From a virus (lineage: Duplodnaviria > Heunggongvirae > Uroviricota > Caudoviricetes): a stretch of 33,676 bases of DNA. A program made the position numbers and the translations under genes. Under the pieces are notes generated by a model, which saw only the letters and a program-made list of their open reading frames with translations, did no database searches and had not been told where the DNA came from. The DNA is taken from the IMG/VR virus record IMGVR_UViG_2690315994_000029, positions 1 through 33,676 of that record; one strand, 5' to 3'. Shown in pieces: positions 18,724 through 26,696 of the stretch; the first letter of the stretch is position 1; each line of letters opens with the position of its first letter.

Positions 18724-19231
18724 GATTGTCATCGCGGCATTTTTCTTCTCTGCCTTTGGGGCGCTCGTCTGGTCTGCAAACCATTACCACAGCAAGTATC
18801 AGGCAGAAAAGTTGCGGGCTGATAAAGCGGAAGGTGAAGCTGAATATCAAGGGAAAGTGATAGCTAATCAGGCATTAAACTTCAATCGTTTTAACCAGAT
18901 AGCAGAAAACGCAAGCCGATTAAATTCTCTGGTCGACATCGGTCACGAGAAGACAGTCATCAAATACCGTGAGGTTCTGCTCCGTGAAAAGAACTGTGAT
19001 TTCCCTGTTCCTGTTGATATTGCTGTCGGGTTGCTCAACTACGCGAACCGTTTACGCGCCAGCGCATTGCACGCCGATTCCGGGGACATTGACTCAGCCG
19101 GTGATCGTGCCACTACCACCAGAACGTTGACATATTGCCAGGCTGTTCTGTGGATTAACCCACTGTTGGCGGCCATCGAGAAGGCGAATAACCAGTTGGC
19201 TGGTGTCCGACAAATAGAACAGTCCCGGTAA
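18707..19231 (+). CDS. Rz: Rz-like i-spanin
   Basis: 174 aa; N-terminal TM helix then coiled-coil; overlaps the R stop; contains embedded Rz1 frame. Confidence 0.75.
   Translation: MKLTYKIVIAAFFFSAFGALVWSANHYHSKYQAEKLRADKAEGEAEYQGKVIANQALNFNRFNQIAENASRLNSLVDIGHEKTVIKYREVLLREKNCDFPVPVDIAVGLLNYANRLRASALHADSGDIDSAGDRATTTRTLTYCQAVLWINPLLAAIEKANNQLAGVRQIEQSR
18984..19130 (+). CDS. Rz1: Rz1-like o-spanin lipoprotein (embedded in Rz)
   Basis: Alternate-frame ORF with lipobox LSGC and Pro-rich tail (LFLLILLSGCSTTRTVYAPAHCTPIPGTLTQPVIVPLPPER); start codon uncertain (GTG 18984 assumed). Confidence 0.5.
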   Translation: MKRTVISLFLLILLSGCSTTRTVYAPAHCTPIPGTLTQPVIVPLPPER

Positions 19232-19292
19232 TAGCATTACAGAAGCTCTTCCAGGAGGGGCTTCGATAATGACCTGATAACTGGAAAATAAA

Positions 19293-19865
19293 ATGACTAA
19301 GAAGCTGAAAGCAAAACACGAGGTGTTTTGTCGCGAGTTTCTTGTCGATCTGAATGCTACACAAGCAGCTATTCGCGCAGGCTACGTCTCCAGGCGAGCA
19401 CATGTTACGGGGGCTGAACTATACGGTAAACCTGAGATACGCGCCCGTATTAACGAGCTAAAGCAGGAGCGTATTGATCAACTGGGCATTGATGCGAATT
19501 ATGTGCTGATGCGACTGGTTGAGATCGACAGGCTCGATGTGGCTGACATCCTGGAGGACGATTTAAGTATTAAGCCTCTGTCTGCGTGGCCGGAATCGTG
19601 GCGTCGGTACCTGAGTGGATTTAACCTCGCTGAAATGTTTGAGGGGCGAGGAGATGACAGAGAAATGGTCGGGATCCTTAAAAAGATTAAGTGGCCTGAT
19701 AAGGTTAAAAACCTTGAGTTGCTTGGGCGTCATGTTTCTGTTCAGGCGTTTAAAGACAACGTCAAAAATGAAGTGACTGGCGCTGATGGAGGACCCGTCA
19801 GAACAGAAATTACCAACTTAACGCCGGAGCAGGCTGCAGAGGCGTATAGAAAAATGATGGGCTAA
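19293..19865 (+). CDS. terminase small subunit
   Basis: 190 aa; N-terminal [23 protein letters not shown] typical of small terminases; directly upstream of large terminase. Confidence 0.7.
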   Translation: MTKKLKAKHEVFCREFLVDLNATQAAIRAGYVSRRAHVTGAELYGKPEIRARINELKQERIDQLGIDANYVLMRLVEIDRLDVADILEDDLSIKPLSAWPESWRRYLSGFNLAEMFEGRGDDREMVGILKKIKWPDKVKNLELLGRHVSVQAFKDNVKNEVTGADGGPVRTEITNLTPEQAAEAYRKMMG

Positions 19866-19867
19866 GT

Positions 19868-20544
19868 ATGCCGTTACCATTCCCCTTCGATTTTAAACAT
19901 CCTGATTACCAGATGGTTTTTGAATGGCGGATGGAACGCCTACAGCGCATTCGCCAGAATCCTGAAATATTGCCCGTATTGAAGCAGTTTTACCGAACCA
20001 ATCCGGCTCAGTTCATCATCGACTGGGGCATGACAACGGACCCGCGTAATATTGATTATGGCCTGCCGGTGAACATTCCGTTTTTACTCTTCCCTAAGCA
20101 GGAGGAGTGGATCCACTGGATTATGGAACGCTGGGGCAATCGGGAGAATGGTATTACCGAAAAATCCCGTGAAATGGGGCTCAGTTGGACCGCGATCGGA
20201 CTGGCCTGCTCGCTTTGTCTCTTCAACAAAGAAATGGTTATCGGTTTCGGCTCCCGTAAAGAGGAATACGTCGACAGCACTGGTGACCCGAAAGCATTGT
20301 TCTGGAAGGCACGCAAGTTCGTGGAAACGCTACCTGTAGAGTTTCGCGGTTCGTGGAGTGAGAAGAAGCACGCGCCATATATGCGTGTTGAGTTTCCTGA
20401 AACTGGTGCCGTTATCAAAGGCGAGGCTGGCGATAATATTGGTCGTGGTGACCGTACCACGCTTTATCTGGTTGATGAGGCTGCATTCCTTCAGCGTCCT
20501 CTGCTGATTGATGCGGCGTTGTCACAAACGACGCGTTGCCGTAT
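19868..20544 (+). CDS. terminase large subunit, 3'-truncated at contig join
   Basis: N-terminal 225 aa including Walker-A-like EKSREMGLS and Walker [10 protein letters not shown]; reading frame is cut by 'n' at 20545. Confidence 0.7.
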
Positions 20545-20545
20545 N

Positions 20546-21724
20546 TGACTCACAATGGGCGGCAATTTGTTCCATTGCCCCAAAGATTGGCTGTACGCCA
20601 GAGACTCTGCGTGTGTGGGTTCGTCAGCATGAGCGGGATACCGGGAGTGGTGATGGTGGATTCACCACCGCTGAACGTCAGCGTCTGAAAGAGCTGGAAC
20701 GTGAAAATCGTGAACTGCGCCGCAGTAACGATATCCTTCGCCAGGCTTCCGCTTATTTTGCGAAGGCGGAGTTCGACCGCCTCTGGAAAAAATAATGCCA
20801 CTGCTGGATAAGCTGCGTGAGCAGTACGGGGTCGGACCGGTATGCAGTGAACTGCATATTGCCCCGTCAACGTATTACCACTGTCAGCAACAGCGACATC
20901 ATCCTGATAAACGCAGTGCCCGTGCGCAGCGCGATGACTGGCTGAAGAGAGAGATACAGCGCGTATACGATGAAAATCATCAGGTGTACGGTGTGCGTAA
21001 AGTCTGGCGCCAGTTGTTACGCGAAGGTATCAGGGTGGCCAGATGTACAGTGGCGCGCCTCATGGCGGTTATGGGACTTGCCGGTGTTCTCCGGGGTAAA
21101 AAGGTCCGTACTACCGTCAGCCGGAAAGCCGTTTCCGCAGGCGACCGCGTAAACCGTCAGTTCGTGGCAGAACGTCCTGACCAGCTGTGGGTGGCTGATT
21201 TTACTTACGTCAGCACATGGCAGGGCTTCGTCTATGTGGCGTTCATCATTGATGTGTTTGCCGGATGCATCGTGGGGTGGCGAGTCTCATCGTCTATGGA
21301 AACGACATTCGTGCTGGATGCACTGGAGCAGGCGTTGTGGGCCCGTCGGCCGTCCGGCACAGTCCATCACAGTGATAAAGGTTCTCAGTATGTATCACTG
21401 GCCTATACGGAGCGACTAAAAGAAGCAAAACTGCTGGCATCAACAGGGAGTACAGGTGACTCGTATGACAACGCGATGGCGGAGAGCATCAATGGTCTTT
21501 ACAAAGCGGAGGTAATACACCGTAAGAGCTGGAAAAACCGTGCAGAAGTGGAACTGGCCACACTCACGTGGGTGGACTGGTATAACAATCGACGATTGCT
21601 GGGAAGGCTGGGTCATATCCCTCCGGCAGAAGCAGAAAAAGCTTATTATGCTTCCATCAGAAACGATGATCTGGCAGCCTGAGTTCACAGATAAAACACT
21701 CTCCAGGAAAACCGGGGCGGTTCA
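20546..21724 (+). mobile_element. IS3-family insertion sequence (IS629/IS1203-like by recollection), 5'-truncated at contig join
   Basis: Partial orfA (20547-20795), TAATG overlap into orfB, right terminal repeat ending CCGGGGCGGTTCA at 21724; left end and first ~28 codons of orfA missing. Confidence 0.75.
20795..21682 (+). CDS. IS3-family transposase OrfB (DDE integrase domain)
   Basis: 295 aa with DDE-type catalytic region (WVADFTYV ... HHSDKGSQY ... DNAMAES); normally made as an OrfAB frameshift fusion. Confidence 0.8.
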   Translation: MPLLDKLREQYGVGPVCSELHIAPSTYYHCQQQRHHPDKRSARAQRDDWLKREIQRVYDENHQVYGVRKVWRQLLREGIRVARCTVARLMAVMGLAGVLRGKKVRTTVSRKAVSAGDRVNRQFVAERPDQLWVADFTYVSTWQGFVYVAFIIDVFAGCIVGWRVSSSMETTFVLDALEQALWARRPSGTVHHSDKGSQYVSLAYTERLKEAKLLASTGSTGDSYDNAMAESINGLYKAEVIHRKSWKNRAEVELATLTWVDWYNNRRLLGRLGHIPPAEAEKAYYASIRNDDLAA

Positions 21725-21725
21725 G

Positions 21726-21815
21726 AATGTGCTGTGGAACTGGATCCTGTTCCGTAAATTTTCCTCTCCGGAGGAAGTCGAAAATGTGGCCGCGCAGTTA
21801 CTGGAGTTTGCGTAA
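21726..21815 (+). pseudogene. 3' remnant of a phage gene interrupted by the IS element
   Basis: In-frame tail ...NVLWNWILFRKFSSPEEVENVAAQLLEFA whose stop overlaps the next ATG (TAATG), as in a packed phage operon; 5' part is not in the window. Confidence 0.35.
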
Positions 21816-22105
21816 TGGTGGATTTACGTAAAGCGGCGCGGGGGCAGATGTGCACCGTCAGAATTCCTGGCTACTGCAATCACAATCCCGAAACTTCTGT
21901 GCTGGCGCATTACAGGCTGGCGGGGACGTGCGGAACAGCGACAAAACCACACGATATGCAGGCAGCGATTGCCTGTAGCTCATGCCACGATTTAATCGAC
22001 GGGCGGGTAAAAAACAGCGATTACACCAAAGAAGAATTACGCCTGATGCATGCAGAAGGTGTTTTTCGCACACAAGAAATCTGGAGAAAGGAAGGTTATT
22101 TATGA
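21815..22105 (+). CDS. YbcO-like (DUF1364) nin-region protein
   Basis: 96 aa; DLRKAARGQMCTVRIPGYCNHNPETSVLAHYRLAG ... IACSSCHDLID resembles E. coli DLP12 YbcO as I recall it. Confidence 0.65.
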   Translation: MVDLRKAARGQMCTVRIPGYCNHNPETSVLAHYRLAGTCGTATKPHDMQAAIACSSCHDLIDGRVKNSDYTKEELRLMHAEGVFRTQEIWRKEGYL

Positions 22106-22656
22106 TTTACCCAACAAATACAGGCAAAAGCGGGGAACACCTTCGTCTCTCCACGCTGGAAAGTGTCTGGATTCAGGGAAAACTGCGCATGTGGGGGCGC
22201 TGGTCGTATATTGGCGGCGGTAAGACGGGAAATATGTTCAACCAGTTGCTGACCTCTAAAAAGCTGACAAAAACGGCAATTAACGAGGCGCTCCGGAGGA
22301 TGAAAAAAGCAGGTCTGGACAAACCTGAACTTGAGGCTTTTTTGCGGGATATGATCAACGGCAAGCAAAAAAGCTGGCTGGTGCATTGTACTGATGCAGA
22401 GGCGTTATGCATTGATCGGGTGATTAGTGAAGTGCTGGCAGAACACCCAGGATTGATTTGTATCCTCCGGCAAAGATATGAAGGGCGGGGGATGAGTAAG
22501 CGCAAAATGGCTGAATTGCTAAATGATGCACACCCTGAGTGGTGTTTTCGGACGTGCTGCAGTCGGGTAGATGTATGGCTAAATCTTGCTGAATATATGC
22601 TCTATCTGCCGATGCGTGATGCATTCTCTTCCGGGTATTTAAAAACTGTCTGTTGA
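22102..22656 (+). CDS. putative Q-like late antiterminator (second, divergent allele)
   Basis: 184 aa from ATG 22102 (AAAGGAAGG RBS, ATGA overlap with previous gene); shares the W-G-x-W N-terminal motif and C-terminal HTH-like region with the 16661 Q-like protein; followed by a terminator. Confidence 0.5.
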   Translation: MIYPTNTGKSGEHLRLSTLESVWIQGKLRMWGRWSYIGGGKTGNMFNQLLTSKKLTKTAINEALRRMKKAGLDKPELEAFLRDMINGKQKSWLVHCTDAEALCIDRVISEVLAEHPGLICILRQRYEGRGMSKRKMAELLNDAHPEWCFRTCCSRVDVWLNLAEYMLYLPMRDAFSSGYLKTVC

Positions 22657-22744
22657 CTCAATCTGTTATCCGGGGCTATATTCCTCACGCGCCAGCAAAA
22701 TCTGGCGTCGGGATTAGGAACCCCGGATAGAGACCGCGACAGAC

Positions 22745-22766
22745 ACACGCCGCGAGCGTGTTTTTT
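22745..22766 (+). terminator. putative rho-independent terminator (tR'-like) after the Q-like gene
   Basis: ACACGC-cgcga-GCGTGT followed by TTTTTTATT; preceded by hairpin CGCCAG-caaaat-CTGGCG at 22690-22707. Confidence 0.55.
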
Positions 22767-22929
22767 ATTGTCGTATGCACGCGCACATCTGAATTATGGT
22801 GGGGCGTATGGGGGAGCTGAAAAGCTCGCCGGTTGGTTTCCCGGTAGTTCCTAACCCTGTACGTCTCACCACCCGATGATTAGGAACCTGACGGTGGTGA
22901 TGGTTTAGAAACCACCAGAGGGCGTCATT

Positions 22930-23511
22930 ATGACAACTCAAATTTCTGTTGAAACTCTCTCCCCGATCACCCATAACCAGATTCCTGTTATTACCACCGA
23001 ACTTTTGGCGCAGTTGTACGGTGCTGAAGTTAAGAACATTCAAAATAACTACGCCAGAAATGCTGAGCGCTTTATTGAAGGAAAGCATTTTTTCAAAGTG
23101 GCTGGCGATGCCCTGAAAAATTTGCGGGTAGCTTTAAACTACTCACAAAATTTGCAACCATCTTTAAGAGGGTTACAAATTTCCCCGAAAGCCCGCTCCC
23201 TCATCCTCTGGACAGAACGCGGAGCAGCCCGTCATGCCAAAATGCTCGAAACCGATCAGGCGTGGGATGTGTTCGAAAAGCTGGAAGACTGCTATTTCAG
23301 ACAAAAGGATCCGTCAGCGCCAGTTTCATGCCAGAAAAGTTACGACACGCGAGTTCTCTGTTATCAGCGAGGCGGTGTCACTGTTTCCACAATTCAGTTA
23401 CGGGATGATGATATTGTTATTTCCCTTGAGTCATGGCTGGAACTGGCGAGAGCCAATGGTTGGTTTGTTGTTCGCAGAGATAAACTGGTGGAAAGGTTGA
23501 TGCAGCTTTAA
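22930..23511 (+). CDS. ORF6N-domain protein (antirepressor-like DNA-binding cargo gene)
   Basis: 193 aa; N-terminal ITTELLAQLYGAEVKNIQNNYARNAERFIEGKHFFKV matches the ORF6N domain pattern as I know it; sits in the Q-to-holin slot. Confidence 0.65.
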   Translation: MTTQISVETLSPITHNQIPVITTELLAQLYGAEVKNIQNNYARNAERFIEGKHFFKVAGDALKNLRVALNYSQNLQPSLRGLQISPKARSLILWTERGAARHAKMLETDQAWDVFEKLEDCYFRQKDPSAPVSCQKSYDTRVLCYQRGGVTVSTIQLRDDDIVISLESWLELARANGWFVVRRDKLVERLMQL

Positions 23512-23606
23512 AAAAGTTCTTGCATTTTTGCACATAAACTGCTTCAATTCCGGTACGCTTCGCAAAGCTGTATCGCGAGGCGAATCAAGCGCATGAACTT
23601 TACCAG

Positions 23607-23635
23607 AACCCGCCATTGAGCGGGTTTTGTTGTTT
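23607..23635 (+). terminator. putative rho-independent terminator
   Basis: AACCCGC-cattga-GCGGGTT followed by TTGTTGTTTC. Confidence 0.5.
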
Positions 23636-23858
23636 CTGACGGATAGAAAAATGAAATAGCTAAATAAAAAGAATGCATTGGATGCCATATATTGGCAACG
23701 TGACGACAGCGTTAATCTGGTCGGGCTCCCATGGCGACGTAGTGAGGGAGAGGAAGCGTAAAGCATCACTGAGTTACGGTTGGCACCCGGTTTAACGCGT
23801 AAGTGGCCTGATAAAGAGATAGTGCGCCGCGGCACTCACAGCGGCAACGATTAACTGA

Positions 23859-23885
23859 CCTCGGCATTTGCCGAGGTTTTTTATT
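23859..23885 (+). terminator. putative rho-independent terminator
   Basis: CCTCGGC-attt-GCCGAGG followed by TTTTTTATTT. Confidence 0.6.
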
Positions 23886-24006
23886 TAAGGCCGCAGACAG
23901 GCCCATTTAGTGCAACGCCTTTCCCCGTTTCCGCTCCTGGAATATTCGGGGATTTTTTATTCCCTCAATTTGCACCCGCGATATGTGCGAGGTGAGAGAT
24001 GATGAA

Positions 24007-24342
24007 ATGCCTCATAACCCAAATACCTGGCCGGACTGGCTGGAGTTGTTTCAGAGCTGGTGGCGTGGAGACACACCGCTGGGTGCAGTGATTATGTCGA
24101 TCGTTATGGCTGGTTTGCGCATCGCCTATTTTGGCGGTGGTGGGGGCTGGAAACGAAAAACGCTTGAGATTTTGCTCTGTGGTGCCCTGACGCTGACCTT
24201 TGCATCCGCGCTTGAGTATGTCGGATGGCCTAAATCACTTTCTGTTGCCATTGGTGGTGGGGTGGGGCTGATTGGTGTTGATGCTATTCGTGGTGCGGCA
24301 ATGAGGGTCATCGGTAACAAGTTCGGTGCCCATAAGGAGTAA
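24007..24342 (+). CDS. holin (second copy, divergent N-terminus)
   Basis: Identical to the 17902 holin from WWRGDTPLGAV onward except for the last residues; different N-terminus; start ATG 24007. Confidence 0.65.
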   Translation: MPHNPNTWPDWLELFQSWWRGDTPLGAVIMSIVMAGLRIAYFGGGGGWKRKTLEILLCGALTLTFASALEYVGWPKSLSVAIGGGVGLIGVDAIRGAAMRVIGNKFGAHKE

Positions 24343-24345
24343 TTA

Positions 24346-24822
24346 ATGCAGACACTTAATTCCCAGCGTAAAGCTTTCCTTGATATGGTGGCATGGTCAG
24401 AAGGAACGGATAACGGGCGACAACCGACACGTAACCACGGTTATGATGTTATTGTTGGTGGCGAACTGTTCACTGATTACTCCGATCACCCTCGCAAACT
24501 TGTCACACTAAATCCGACACTCAAATCAACAGCCGCCGGACGTTACCAGCTTCTTTCACGCTGGTGGGATGCCTACCGCAAGCAACTTGGTCTGAAAGAT
24601 TTTTCTCCAGAAAGCCAGGATGCTGTAGCGCTGCAGCAGATTAAAGAGCGTGGCGCTTTACCGATGATTGACCGCGGCGATATTCGTCAGGCAATCGACC
24701 GGTGCAGCAATATCTGGGCGTCGTTACCTGGTGCAGGTTACGGTCAGTATGAACATAGAATCGGTGACCTGATTTCCCGATTTAAAGAAGCTGGTGGGGT
24801 GGTAAATGAAGCTGAGATATAA
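24346..24822 (+). CDS. R: endolysin, lambda R-like lytic transglycosylase (second copy)
   Basis: 158 aa, about 95 percent identical to the 18247 copy by eye. Confidence 0.9.
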   Translation: MQTLNSQRKAFLDMVAWSEGTDNGRQPTRNHGYDVIVGGELFTDYSDHPRKLVTLNPTLKSTAAGRYQLLSRWWDAYRKQLGLKDFSPESQDAVALQQIKERGALPMIDRGDIRQAIDRCSNIWASLPGAGYGQYEHRIGDLISRFKEAGGVVNEAEI

Positions 24823-25198
24823 GCTGGTTATTGTTGCCTTCTTTGTTACCGTCATCGGTTCTTTTATCTGGTCTGCCGGGCATTACTACAGCAAATATCA
24901 ACACGAAAAGGAGCGTGCTGATGAGGCTGTACGAAATGCTGAATCTGCAACAGCCATTACCAGTAACGTCCTGCAATCACTGCAAATCATCAATACAGTT
25001 ATAGAGGCTAACCAGCATGCAAAACAGCAGATCGCACTGGAGTCACAGAGAACCCAGGAAGATATCAAAGTGGCTGTTGCGGATGATGATTGTGCTGTTC
25101 GTATCGTTCCTTCTGGCGCAGTTAAGCGGTTGCACGAATACGCGAACGGTATACGTGTCGGTGCCGGTCGTTCCGTTACCAGCCAGTCTGACGGATGA
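24806..25198 (+). CDS. Rz: Rz-like i-spanin (second, divergent copy)
   Basis: 130 aa; N-terminal TM helix plus coiled coil; overlaps the R stop. Confidence 0.7.
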   Translation: MKLRYKLVIVAFFVTVIGSFIWSAGHYYSKYQHEKERADEAVRNAESATAITSNVLQSLQIINTVIEANQHAKQQIALESQRTQEDIKVAVADDDCAVRIVPSGAVKRLHEYANGIRVGAGRSVTSQSDG

Positions 25199-25361
25199 AA
25201 CACCCCAGCCAGATTTACCCGACCCGTTTACGTGGGGAGCCAGCATTAACCTGAATGTTGCGTTGTTGTCAGCGTTAGCACAGTGCAACAGGGATAAGGC
25301 TGATATCAGGACTTTTGAGAAAAATAGGGCAGCACAAACTAATGGCACGATTAAACGTTGA
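25083..25361 (+). CDS. Rz1: Rz1-like o-spanin lipoprotein (overlapped, extends past Rz)
   Basis: Alternate frame; lipobox LAQLSGC and Pro-rich PVVPLPASLTDETPQPDLPDP; start taken at MMIVLF (25083). Confidence 0.5.
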   Translation: MMIVLFVSFLLAQLSGCTNTRTVYVSVPVVPLPASLTDETPQPDLPDPFTWGASINLNVALLSALAQCNRDKADIRTFEKNRAAQTNGTIKR

Positions 25362-25527
25362 AGTTATCCCACCAGACAGCGAAACGATGAACGGGATTTT
25401 TGCAGAGATTGAACGTAAATATGCGCATCAGCCGATGACGCCAAAAGTTATCGATGAAATGCAACGCGAAGCGGCGCGCCTTGTACGGCGAGCGACAAAC
25501 ACGAAGGTTACGTTCGTTCGGGACTGA
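25342..25527 (+). CDS. small hypothetical protein
   Basis: 61-aa ORF from ATG 25342 in the extra segment that prophage B has between Rz and the conserved hairpin; weak RBS. Confidence 0.3.
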   Translation: MARLNVEVIPPDSETMNGIFAEIERKYAHQPMTPKVIDEMQREAARLVRRATNTKVTFVRD

Positions 25528-25664
25528 CATTACAGAAGCTCCTTTGATAAGGAGCTTCGATAATGTCACTAAGAGGAAAAATTCATGGCAAAACCGGACT
25601 GGGAGGCCATCGAATCGGTGCCCCGGGCCAGATTGCTCTCTCCGTTAAATCAGAACTCAAAATC

Positions 25665-26120
25665 CTATCCGTGGAAAATATTTGCATCCAAATCATCTAT
25701 GAGATTAGACCTAACTGATTCATAATTTTTCCCATATGCGGCCCCTTTACCTGAATGGGTTACATGCCCAATAGGACCGTACAGAAGTATAGAGATTGTG
25801 AATGATATTTCATCAGAAATGCCGCCTATCTTTTGAAACCAAAGTTCCGGGTTACGATTCCGGTCGGTTACAACGTCAAATACAAGCGCGATAAGATCTG
25901 GGAGATAGTACATGTTAAATCCGCCTTTTGGGGTCAACTCGAGATTCAACAGGGCTTTGATGGAGGGATAATTGCTTACATCATCCTGAATGCCATTCTT
26001 AAGAGTTGTAAACACAAAGTTCAGCATTTCAGCAACTTTATCTTTGTTTGGTTCTACTCCATTTCTGAAGGACCGCTCTCCAGATTCATATTTTTCAACA
26101 CAAAAATCTAATAAATTCAT
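25665..26120 (-). CDS. hypothetical soluble protein, low-GC moron between lysis and terminase genes
   Basis: About 151 aa (ATG 26120 with GGGGA RBS; track start 26126); opposite strand to the late operon; GC visibly lower than flanks; no motif recognised. Confidence 0.6.
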   Translation of the reverse strand: MNLLDFCVEKYESGERSFRNGVEPNKDKVAEMLNFVFTTLKNGIQDDVSNYPSIKALLNLELTPKGGFNMYYLPDLIALVFDVVTDRNRNPELWFQKIGGISDEISFTISILLYGPIGHVTHSGKGAAYGKNYESVRSNLIDDLDANIFHG

Positions 26121-26142
26121 TATCATTCCCCGAGGTAACTAA

Positions 26143-26694
26143 ATGGCGCTCACCGACAAACAAGAGATGTTCTGTCGCGAGTACCTCATCGATTTAAACG
26201 CCACGCAAGCGGCTATTCGGGCGGGGTACAGCGCTAAGACAGCTAACCGTACCGCATCCGAAAACCTGTCAAAACCTGACATCAAGTTAAGAATCGCCGA
26301 ACTGAAAGCGCAACGCAATGATCTTGTTGGTATTAATGCAGAATATGTACTTAATCGCCTTATTGAAATCGACCAGATGGATGTGCTTGACATTCTCCTG
26401 CAAAACGGTGAGCTAAAACCCATTAAAGACTGGCCTAAGGTATGGCGCACAACGCTATCAGGAATGGATGTCGTGGAGATGGTATCCGCAGATAGCGCCG
26501 CACTTCTGAAGAAAATCAAATGGCCTGATAAGGTTAAAAACCTTGAGTTGCTTGGGCGCCATGTTTCTGTTCAGGCGTTTAAAGACAACGTCAAAAATGA
26601 AGTGACTGGTGCTGACGGAGGACCAGTCAGAACAGAAATTACCAACTTAACGCCGGAGCAGGCTGCAGAAGCGTATAAAAAAATGATGGGCTAA
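26143..26694 (+). CDS. terminase small subunit (second allele, mosaic)
   Basis: 183 aa; N-terminal two thirds diverged from the 19293 copy, C-terminal ~60 aa near-identical. Confidence 0.7.
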   Translation: MALTDKQEMFCREYLIDLNATQAAIRAGYSAKTANRTASENLSKPDIKLRIAELKAQRNDLVGINAEYVLNRLIEIDQMDVLDILLQNGELKPIKDWPKVWRTTLSGMDVVEMVSADSAALLKKIKWPDKVKNLELLGRHVSVQAFKDNVKNEVTGADGGPVRTEITNLTPEQAAEAYKKMMG

Positions 26695-26696
26695 GT

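Noticed and set aside
22657-22929. tRNA genes between Q and the cargo gene (as in Stx phages)
   Set aside because: No cloverleaf or GTTCGAATCC-like T-arm was visible; the region is better explained by a terminator and repeated binding motifs.
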